Below, one piece after another: positions 25,405 through 36,681 of a DNA stretch of 45,052 bases. The stretch is taken from NCBI GenBank assembly GCA_000934665.2, contig JYFJ02003211.1, positions 1 through 45,052 of the forward strand. The letters run 5' to 3'. Source of the DNA: Catajapyx aquilonaris. Its lineage: Eukaryota. Below the pieces are notes generated by a model, which saw only the letters and a list, made by a program, of their open reading frames with translations, was not told the origin of the DNA and did no database searches. A program made the translations under genes and the position numbers. Each line of letters opens with the position of its first letter. Within the stretch, counting starts at the first letter, position 1.

Positions 25405-28400
25405 TGCAGGGGGCCTCCCCTCAGAGGATGTGAGGTCAACGAATCGAAGTCACAAAAGCTTTGTTTGCATTTTCCAACAAGTAAGGAAGGGAGAACCATA
25501 CCTTTCTAAGTATATATATATATATTTTTTTGTAAACCGAATCATGACTAAGCCTCTTTTTTCCAATTTTTTTCCACCTTACCTATTTCGCTCTTTACAA
25601 TGCCTGATATTATCAAAAGAAACCGGGTCCCTTTTTAATATGCATGCTGAGTTCCCTTGTTGACAGTGACGTATGAGAATACGCCGACCTTGCCTAGCGT
25701 GAAAAATAGCAGTTTGCCAGCCCAATAGCCTGAAAAGGGGTAAAAATTGTAAATAAAGTAGATTCACAATGATGGGTAGGAAAAAAGCAAAAAAAGGGTA
25801 TGGGATCGGGGGGGTCTGGGCAAAAAGGGTCGAGAAGAGAAAATTCCGGTACAGCACACGAAGAGAGGGTACCGCCTTTTGAAACCCCTTTAGGTCCGGG
25901 GCATCCCAGGCCACAACCAGTCTTGGAATTACAACTCTGATCATGCCGAACGAATTGCGACAAGGCTACGGAACAGGAAAAGTCGGTCTAGAAAATTTTT
26001 CCCTTGCACTTTTTGAGGCCTTCGCTTCGATTATCCTAATTGTGCGCCTTTTGGTAACGACCTCTCGTAAATCATCGCGTCACGGGGGTGAAAACTGGCT
26101 AATGGGAAAACTGCACCTTTTCTTCCTTCCCCATCATCCCAACAGAACACCACCTTTTGCCTCTAACCCCTTCCTTCTAGGACCCCAAAAAAGGACCGCA
26201 TATTGCCAGCCCTTTTTACCCAAATCGAGGTTGCTGCCATCTTGCGATGAACTGTCAGTCAATTTATACTTAATATGTAATAAATTAATTTTTAAACATT
26301 TTCTTCCAGTTTAAAGTCGTGGGATGTTCCTTCACACAATTTTATTATTGGAGGAAATACGTAAATTAGTGAAGAATATGGAGTGTATGAAAAAGGCCGA
26401 AAATGAAGACGTTTACGTAAGAAGCAAAGTTTTAGTTGAAATTTTGGCGATTTATTTATATAACATTACTTAATTACTAATTAGTCGTTAATTAATTGTG
26501 TAAGTGGCTATTCAGTTGACTGGTTTTTTCCGCATCTTCTCTGCTGTGGGGTTATCATATATTCATCTTTCCACTGAAATTAGTGGAAGAAAGTGCTAGA
26601 TTTTGTCCACACAGTGTTGTAAGGTGATTTCTTGGGACACCTGGGCACTTTGAGGGCACTGCATACCTAAGATGACTGAATGCACAGGTGAATCTGCGGT
26701 AAATAAGGGAGTGACATGTCTTGGCCAGAGGTGGAATAGCACAAGTGAAATCAGTGATTCCACGAGGGTCTACTCCACGCATTCAAAATCTTTGACAGCA
26801 AGACATGGCAATGAATATTCCATCTACCTCCCCCCCCCCTTTCTGGCCTCGGAGATCGTTGCCCTCAGCTAAGGCATGCGAACAAATTTAATAATAAGGC
26901 CTTTATCTGGAACATAATAATGCTAATTGTCAGTCCCCCACCACTTTATACCACACTGTAAGGGCGAATTGTTTATTGCGCCTATTTTTCCCCCGATTTA
27001 GCCAAAAAATATTTATGCACTACGTTTTAGAGGTAATCTGCGTTGGCTAATAATCGAGAGGGGGACTCGATAATTACGATGGTAATTACACACACAGTGC
27101 ACGACACTAGGGGGGGGGGGGTTTAAAAAGAGGGTGTAACTTCCACTGTTGCACGAGATTCGATACTTTGCTCTTTCGTGGCCCTCTCGTTTTCACGCTT
27201 TTTCCACATGGTGACGTCACGACCTGTTGGTATTGTAATTTACAACGAGGTGTAAATGACAGCGTAGGTTACAATGAGAACTGTGGGTTGTTCGGACAGG
27301 CATTATGCTGGCTAGTCCAAGTCCGAGTGACGTCTTAATCGATCTCATTGTTGTCCAGATTTTTTTTTTCTCTCTCCTCAACTTCTCGATGTATATCGCA
27401 GACTGGACTGAGCAACAATAGCTCGCTTTATAATTTTCACGTGACAGCGATACGCCTACGTGTAACTGGAAATAGGTTGGCGACTGATTCATGTTCATTG
27501 CTATTGGTAATAGCCTATCGTGCAGGCGGTACTTACGCTGCCATTATCAGCAAATGAGATCCCGTTTTAAAAGAGCTCTATCTCTCCGCTAGGTGATGTC
27601 TCCAAAAATTGCCAAGACGTATTTCCACCAACCCACCCCCACTTTTCAAACTTCTATTTTTTTAAACAACCTTTACTCTAAATGTGTAGTTATTAATCAC
27701 TCCTGTTGGAAGCCTCCTAATTTGTTTACCCCTATCAGTTTTTAAAAAGCTGGGGGGCTGGTTGTTCCAAACTCCTAATAACTACCTCTTTGGACATGCA
27801 AACCGGGGGAGATTGCTTTCAATCTCTGACAAGCCCTACCTAATTCTTTTTTTAAAACCCCCGCTGGCTTTCATCGGTCTCAAGTCTCTCTTGATAGAAG
27901 GCAGTGTGAAGGTATGGTGTTGACGCAGATTTTTGCTTCGAGCGTAATCCGAGCAAGTCGTCACGATTCAATACAATCGGGTTCCAATTCTTGGAAGAGG
28001 AAAAAAAAATCTGCCAGTTGAATGTGTTACACAATGTTTATTTCGAAAGAAGGTTCCCAATATTGAAGGTTTCAAAGCACAGAACAAGTCAAAAAGTCCA
28101 GCAAAAATTTTAAACACAGTTAATATTTTTTAAATTTTCGGAAAATCAAAGTGAGGCATGTTTCACAATTTTTCTCAGTACCATAAATCGTTACGGTTGT
28201 CATGGGGCAACAAACCGAATCTTCCAGCTCAGAAATGTATTTAATTGTATTCATTTGAAAAATGAAATGGCTGCCATTATTTCCTGTTTCAAGGCATATT
28301 AAGCATAAGCACAGAACCTATCAGAAACCAGACATATATTTTTTTAAACCAATTAATATTTTGAACGGTTACAAAAAGAAATATTTTTGGGGCATTTTTT

Positions 28401-31400
28401 CCAGCTGCAGCTTCCATAAATTTTTCTACAAAAATGGTCTCCATTATTGCAGGTTTCAAGACAGCTAATCGGATTCATCTAGGCGCAGAATTTTTTTTTC
28501 TTCAGAAATCAGGCATATTGAACCCACTAAAAACCATTCGGAGAAGAATATTTTTTTATACCGCTCAGGTCATAACTTACAGACGAAGATAAAAGTCTTT
28601 ATTTATGGATTCCATAGGAAATTTAGTGCAGCTGCAGATGGACACACAAGATTAGCCCTCATCCCTCCATTTTTCCCCCCACTTTTTTGTCCAGAGGGCA
28701 AAACCGACGGTCCACAATTTAAGGCGGTTTTGGCTCCAAACATCATCCTGGCTTATCAGCCTGGTCAAATCTGGCTTGTACTGATGATAGCAAAGATCGT
28801 TTTTTCCCCCCTTTCCATATGCTGTGTGTGTGACCTATCATGACAGTCGTATTATACAGAAAAAAATCTGTGCATTAGTCACGGGTCCCCCGACATTTAA
28901 AAAGTCATTACACAGACCCACATGCTGAGCTTACTGGATACGCACATAAAGTACACTCGACAACAGTCTCGACTCATTTTTTTTTCTGGATGCGACCTAC
29001 GCCACAGGTAATTGAACCGTTACTTTTCCTACAAGCCATCCAGTTTGGTGTTGCTTCCCAGGAAAAAAAGACAGATGGTGGCAAGATGATGGATGAGCAG
29101 GGAAACATCATCAGAGGTGGAGGCTCCGGAAAAAAAAGGATCCGGGTAACCCCTGAACCCACGGGACTAACCCCTTCCTAGCTAGCAAGTCAAAGAAAAG
29201 GAACTTTCCAGCCTTAAAAAAAAAGTTTAAAGCGTGAAGGAGACTATTAGGATTGTCTGGTAAGGCGTTTCTTTTTGAAAAGGACCACTCGAAGGGGGTG
29301 TCAAGCTTTTTCCCTAATCCGAAACCATTCACCTCGACCCCCGGCTTCTTTTACGTCGTATCGGGTATAAAAGTCACATATGATTCGCAGTTGTTACCTG
29401 ATTGTCAACTGTCGGGAGAGACGAGGATGAATGATGGAGGACATGCCGACGCAATGACGACATGGATTACGACCCATCCCCCTCCCAGAAAATGTCCCAG
29501 GCTAAAATGTCACCAGCTTGACTGTCCTTTTCTTTCCGGAGCAAAAGGAAGTCGTGGAAGGAATTTGTAAGCCTTTGCTTTTGATCAATGTTCAAACTGC
29601 TTTTTTAGCAGCCCAACCTCCCCCTGAGTCACAGAAGGATGATGATTTATGATGCCGTTTTGAAACGCAGCATGTGACAGACCAGGCGGGTAGGGTTACA
29701 GTTTTCTAAAATTTGAACTCCACTAATGAACCGTGTCTGCTGGAAAGGTGTGCTGACGCTAATCGTGGCGCCCTAAACTATTTTTTTCCACTAGCTATAG
29801 CTAACGGACAAATGGTTGCAATGCCAAGTTATGTTACGCATATGCTGAAAAGTGTTGCAACCAAACACTCATCCTAATGAGATGGCCCCTCTCCGAATTA
29901 AAAATAATAATGTAAGCAACAATTGGTACAAAAATAGTCGTCAACCGGGGTGAGATTGTGCCAGTGCATTTTTGAACAGTGCGCCCTACTGGCAGCAGAC
30001 GTAAACTATCGAATTTAGGCCTGTTTCACTATGAGCACAGACTATCAAGGTTGTCAATGATGAGCAAAATTCACGGTAGGGCGCACTGTTGTCCAAAAAA
30101 ATGCGCTGGCACAATCACACCCCGTTTGACAGCTACTGTCAATGTCATGAAATCAGGAGTAAAATAATTTTTGGGGGGTAAAAAGTTTCTTCGTAAAATC
30201 AGGCTTTTCAACTATCAGAGTCAGAATGTAAACTTTCCGATAGTGAATACTGGCGACTTATTTAAATCGGATTACCTACAAAAACCCATGATTGATTCAA
30301 GCTTATCCTCCAGATTAATCCAAGCTCCATATGGCAACACTAATTGAAGCGGGCGTAAATCACCTACTAAACTCCATTGTTATCCCGTCCTGCATCACAG
30401 GTCGACGAAATGACATCCAGCTCGAAGTCTTAGGTCCGAGAGGACATGCCCCGGATCAATAGTAACTGTTGAAACGAGCACCAATTATCCCTCTCAGGCC
30501 CATTCAAAAACCCCCGAACTTTGACTGGCAGGCTTTTAGTGGACAAAAGCAGGTGACACAAGGCACAAGTGACAATTCAGGTAAAAATTCTGCATCAGAA
30601 AAATTTATACTCGTGACTGGTGTTCTCGATTGGGGCGGCACAATCAGAGGATTTTTGACTGACGACAATCGGCCCTCTTCTTCTTTCTCTGACAGAAAAA
30701 CTTCGAGACACCCATGGTCAAAAAAAAATGACTGTCATCCTTCCCAACAGATTGCCATTCTTCCATTACGAATCACTTCGACGCCAAATTTTTCCAGCTG
30801 GCCGAGCAGTCGTTTGCGTCACGACAAGACGCCATGAATACACCATAATATTACAGTCACCCTCAGGGGGTTAGGTTGAAAAAAGACAGGTGTTTGATTG
30901 GCGGATTTACCTGGGTGGAGGTGTGTCTGGTTTCGACGTACGACTAATTACAACTGGAGGTTGCCAATTATTTGCGACAGGCCTAAAGATGAGCTCGGGG
31001 TTTTGTCCATTACTTATGTCTCCGCAGAGTGCAAGGCTCGAAAATGGATTCTCATTTCCTGGCGAAACCTTCCTCTTGCCATAGCTAATAACGATTTGCA
31101 GGGCTACAAATAGACCAATTTTGCTCAGATCCTGGGGTCGGACAGACAGCCGCAATTTGTTCCGGCCAAGAAATGATGGCAAAACAGGAGTTTCCTGGAT
31201 GGCGGAAATATCCAATCAGGACAAAATTGTCATGAAAAAAAACAGTGTGTCAACCCAATGTCTCATAGAATACTGCAGCTGCTTCAGGATGAAAAAAAGA
31301 TCTCAGCTTCTTTTCCACACACCCGCAGTGTGAGTATGCATACTTTGAACAGTTTAGCTGCACCGGTCAACTTACTACGCGGGCCCCCATGAGATACAAT

Positions 31401-34400
31401 CGCTAAAAATGTTCAATTTGCATATCTTGGCACGAACATCTGCCCACCCCTCTTGACTCCCCCTATAAGAAAATTTATTTCCAACCCCTAAAATGGGTTT
31501 CTTGCAACTATATAGGACCTTGTGCAAAAACTCACTTCGAGTCCATTCTTATCTCATGAGTGGATGAAGCAGCACTTTGAAAGAAAAGAAGAAGAAAAAA
31601 TGCACTTATTCCATTCACACAACATCTGGCTTCTTCAAGTGGGGGGCATGAATGGCTCGAATTTGCCCACGCATTCTGGGTCCTATATATTTTTTGGGTA
31701 CAACTTATGTGGGACGTCGAATTAGCAGGTTGTTTACATACATGTGCATAATCTAAGCAGGGCCCAACCTCTTGACCGGACTCCCAATTACTAAAGAGCA
31801 CTAGAGTGAACCTATCTGTTGATTTACTCAGACTTTTTCGCGCCTGCAGTTTACAACAAAAAAAAACATCCAAAACTTGCAGACGCTCGAAGAGAGGGCT
31901 TCTTGAAACATCCAGTTTTTGATACCACAAAAAGGGACCCCATGGAACCAGAACTCAGGAGGGAACCTTATCTTGTCTGGCGCCATTTTTCCATACCATC
32001 CTTTTAAATTCTATACGCTGTTGCTTCCCATTCATATTTTGTCTTGCATCCAGACATGTTCCCCCATGCTCAGTTTTGACTGGCATTGCTGCACTTTATT
32101 CTCGGGGTCAAAATGGACCCAGGGGTTGGGGAGTAAACGCAAGAATGGCTCCGGTTAATATCACGCGTGTGACATGGTTGTCCGGTGGGAAAAAGTACAA
32201 ATCCTGATTATTATTCTGTGTCCGCACAAACCCAGAGGTATGGGACAAAGAGGCGAGTGACAGCGAGTGATAAATGGGTTCATTACTTATACTGATGTCG
32301 AAAAAATGCAGATATTTTTTTTGACACGCCGAAACTTTTTTTTTTCTTTAAATTTTTTCGTACAAAGGAGCATGTCGTATGGATTGGCCATACTCAAGTG
32401 CTTCGAACTGCGCCTGACAAATGGGCGCCCGCGCTTGACTAAAGAGTCTGGTTGGTTGCATACCCGTCCAGGATGTGTATTGGCCATTTTGACTCACCCT
32501 GTACAAAAATCGACACGTTTGCACTGTTACTTCTTTGCCGACATAATGGGCCGTAAACCAATCTTGAGGACAATGGAAAATTGGAATATCTCTTTATCTT
32601 GACAAGTGCGCCGCAAATTTTCTCTTCCAGCACACACGTGAATTAGCGAGAACTGTGGTTTTCACACGCCAGTCACCGCGAGAAAAAGACCTGCTTCCGC
32701 AATTAGGAACATTGTTTTTTTTTTGTTAACTCCACCGTGCTTCTGGAACACACGAAAAACTACGATTTGGGTGAAAGGCAGTTTTGAGGGTGTTTCCTCC
32801 TACTGAATCCGGTGGGTACAAAAGTGTTCGTAATTTGCGTTTACATGCTTAGAGAAAAAAAACTAGTTCTTTAACCCACCTTTTGGGCTATGGGAAAATT
32901 TCGTCTGAGTCATTACGGTCTAATGAGTGGCAAAGGAGCTGCGAGAAAATGCCCTTGACACGATGCGATTTCCCTTTTGTGCTCAGAAGTGACGAATGAC
33001 ATTTCTGATAAGAGTATTCCGGGGCATAGGACTTGACGGGGCTCCTCCAAAAAAAAGTGACTATGATTATGATGATTCAGCCTGATTCACTGGGCCAGTG
33101 TCACATTCCTTTGCACCCACATTCAACTAATAGAATAATCATCCCACATAAACCAAGATTATATCCGCTGGAGTGGAGAAAAGTGACTCGGTTATTTGCG
33201 GGAGTTGGAAAAAAGAAAAAAAAACCTGGACACAAAAAAACCAGCATCTTTTGAGAATGAAATCTCAAGGCCTGGATTCCCCGCTGTTTTCTGTCACCTC
33301 AAGTGCGTTTGCTATAAAAGAAGGATGGATGGGATTTGCGTCACTGGAAATCTACAATTACCAGAGGGTGTATTTATAAGCAAAGTATGCGCAGAAATGA
33401 ATGGTTTTAAGTTGGCTCTAGCTACCCAGGTCTTTTTCCACCTATTTCTGTGGATACTTAATGAGGAAGAAGCAGACGGTTCTTCCTCTAACTAAAAAAA
33501 AACAGGATGGAGGGATAGGCGGGGAGGTGGGGGGAAGGAACCGGGTTTTAAAATAAACTTGGCTGGATCCACAATGAGCAGCGAAGGCGTCCAATTAGCC
33601 ATCAACCTTTGATCTTTTTAAGAATAGGGACCCCCTCCTTTTTGGCTTTTCATGACCGGAGCCTCTAACCCTCTCACACGTCAGCAGATGCACTTTCCAA
33701 AATAATTATTATTTGCATTTGCTGACACGTAAATAGAGTAAGAAATCAGATTTCAATAGCTAATTTTCTGACTTAAGATTTGGGTTATACAGTATATGTA
33801 TCTCAGCAAATGAAAGCAAATCAGGTATTAATTAAATGTTATTTAGCTAAACAGCAGCTTTTAGTGAATGGTCCATTTTTCAGTAAATATGTTAATTATT
33901 TATTTTGCCATTATTTACAGAACTCCACATTTCTTTGGAGTTTTGAACTTTTTATTATTATTTTGCGATCAGATGGTGCAAGACTTGTAATGATTTCCGT
34001 GCCGCATTAAATTTCAAAGTTGAAGATTCCGGTGCAGATCTAAGGCCACCTGTGTACCGCCTAACAGTCGGAAGACAGGCTCAATACGTTTTCCGGAATT
34101 AATGTCCCATGAGGTTTGGCGGGCTTTGCGCCAAGAACCCAAACCCCTGCGCTGAGTTTGCGGCCAAGATTGAAGCTCGGATAAGAATGTGCAGTGGCAC
34201 CTGTCACCTGCCTTTGCATTTGCGCTGCTTCTCTTAATAATAATTAAATCATCATATTATTGATATGGGCTACAAAACAGCGGGCGTCGAGAGAGATAGA
34301 GGTTTCTCTCTTGCATCACGTATATATATTCCAGGAGACGGTTGCTGGCTGCATCACTTCCCACGGGAAGGTTACGTATCCGAAGGATGCTGACAGTCCT

Positions 34401-34519
34401 GGTGAATATCAAGAGACGGCAACAGCCTCATGGGAAAGAGAGCTGGAGACAAGATTTCAGGGTGATACACTGCCCTCGTTTGCTCTGCCGATTCATAATT
34501 CAACGTCAGATCAGTGGAA

Positions 34520-34537
34520 GGGGGGGGGGGGGGGGNG
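34520..34537 (+). repeat. Poly-G tract (16 G, then N, G); assembly ambiguity
   Basis: Seen directly. The N at 34536 suggests an unresolved homopolymer length. Confidence 0.9.
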
Positions 34538-35128
34538 TTGGCAACCCTGGGGTTTGGATGCTGCTGACAAAGAGAGTTCAACGGGCACAAAAGATTCCTG
34601 ATGTTGCAAATCAGCATGGCTAATGTCAGTTCGGATTTGCGATGCAGGCGCGCAAAAATTAACATCGGATCCCTATATAGTCAGTATAAGCTGTTTGGTA
34701 TACGGTATATACCAAGGTGAACAAACGCTTAAAAGTAACTGCGACATAATAATGAGAAGAAAAAAAAATCTGACTGAAACGGACATATGAATGGGGGTAA
34801 AAATATACCCGTTGCTTTCCATATGTGCAGGAGAGTTGTACATGTATAAGAAGCGTACGAGGCCTATTAATGGAGCACATATCTGATAGTCAGTGCATTA
34901 TACCGTACGGCCCACTTGGTAATACGGTAACGAGAAATTATGCGGTATAATAATAACGTGTATAAAAATTGCAAATGGCACTCATCACTTTTAATGGTCT
35001 GCAAGTGCCTAGATGCACGTTCATGACGGCCACACCACTCATTAGTCTGTTAATTACAAAATGCAGTTAAAACCAAGTTTGTTAACAACCTACTGTATAA
35101 AACTCTACTTACCATTTGTTTTCTCCCC

Positions 35129-35177
35129 CAGCAGCAGCAGCAGCAGCAGTCGCCAGCACGGGGCCTGCTGCTGCTGC
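35129..35177. repeat. (CAG)7 and (CTG)4 microsatellites in inverted orientation
   Basis: (CAG)7 at 35129-35149, a 15-nt spacer, then (CTG)4C at 35165-35177. A perfect 13-bp stem is possible. Confidence 0.9.
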
Positions 35178-36240
35178 AAACAAAGAGGAAATGTTAAATA
35201 TACTGCACATAATTACCCCATAGCACCGTTCATTAATACAAATGTGGCAGAAGTTGGTCATGACGAGGTTACGTAGGGGTTACGCTCTCATTACTGGCTT
35301 CCAGGAATAATTCCTTCATTAGTAGTCCGGAGCGGCGCAAGAAACAGATTCATCTTGGTCCCCGCAATATATCCGGAACTGGTCCCTGTCTTTTCCAGGC
35401 GCCCGGATTAATGCAGAAACAATGACAAACACATCATAACGAGCGGCGCCTTCCAAGCCACCGGGGAAACTTATCGTTAACGAAGCCATCATTGGGCAAT
35501 TCCCAAAATCAACTTCCTACATCGATCACCGATAATGTATGTGCATTACGATGAAGCGGCCATAGAGTGAAAACCATTTGTCCTAATGGCTTTTCTATCT
35601 CCCAAGGCTGGCCGCATGTATTAGAAGAAGCCGATGACTGTTTTTTTTTCTTCTTCTTCGCAAGACAATGCATATGACCCGTCTCAATGATCGTTCGAGT
35701 GACCTATTCATTTTGTTCGGAGAAACAACACACATGCGCATATTCGATTAGACCTCCTGGTTGATTAATTAGGCTCAGACGACAAAGTATTTTTCTTTTT
35801 TCGAGGGCCCCTGCGTGATCGATTCAGCAACAAGTTGTTTTGCATCCGCTTTGGATCTGATCAATAAACTCTGAAGAGATTAGTGGCACATGTCACGAAT
35901 TACCATGGAGACGGTACCCCGATAGGTGGCAATGCAGGGTAAACACCACGTCGATTGTTTGCTCACCGGAAATCAGGCCTGGTCAGACGCACATGTGTAT
36001 ATGGAATCAGTAGCTACCAAACCCGAACCAAACGCCGCCTTGGCAATAAATTCACTACGGTATTAATATTTTAGCAGTGTGAGGCGTACTTTATGTCCAC
36101 TGTCGAACGAACAACGGTTGCGCCGTAACTCATACTTGCGTGAACGCCATATGCGGTACTTAAGGCTCCCGGATGAAGTATACGACCCGTATAAGTTTGC
36201 GTGCCGCTCCAGGGCAAAACCTCATAAAAATCTATCCAAG

Positions 36241-36576
36241 CCGATAGATGGTTCTGAACTGTAATATTCCTCTCAACGCCATCTACCTCCCAAATTTTCA
36301 TCTTAAGGGCAAAAATTGCCAAATTTTGAAAATTCAACCTATAGATGGCGATCGTGGCTATGTGGCTATTAGCGCCATCTATCACTCAAATTGTCATCTT
36401 AAGGACAAAAATTGCCATCTTGAAAATTCAACCAATAGATGGCGCTCGTGGCAATGTGCCGTTTAGAGCCATCTATCGCCCAAATGGTCATCTTAAGGGC
36501 GAAAAATTGCGAAGTAATTAAAATTCAACTGATAGATGGCGCTCGTGCTAATGTGGCTATTAGCGCCATCTATTTT
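36241..36576. repeat. ~96-bp tandem minisatellite (about 3.5 units), each unit containing an ATAGATGGCG...CGCCATCTAT inverted repeat
   Basis: ATAGATGG starts at 36244, 36341, 36435 and 36532 (periods 97, 94, 97). The complementary arms end at 36285, 36382, 36476 and 36573. A conserved linker CAAAT..TCATCTTAAGG.C.AAAATTGC...AAAATTCAAC lies between hairpins. Confidence 0.95.
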
Positions 36577-36639
36577 TCCAGATTGGCGGGAAAAGCACGA
36601 TGTAGGTGAGGCAAAGGTCCGGCCCTTGTTTGAGTGGCA

Positions 36640-36681
36640 GGGGTTGGACCGGGGTGGGACCGGGGGTGGGACCGGGTGGGA
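36640..36681 (+). repeat. Short (G3-5)TGGGACC tandem repeat; canonical G-quadruplex motif
   Basis: GGGG-T-GGG-ACC-GGGGG-T-GGG-ACC-GGG-T-GGG (36651-36680) has six G>=3 tracts with 1-3 nt loops. Confidence 0.85.

Noticed and set aside
34537..34549. hAT-type TIR GTTGGCAACCCTG
   Set aside because: No matching CAGGGTTGCCAAC end or 8-bp TSD nearby. At most a solo remnant.
36241..36576. CRISPR array (palindromic repeats at regular spacing)
   Set aside because: The intervening segments are homologous rather than unique spacers, the period is ~96 bp, there are no cas genes, and the context is eukaryotic.
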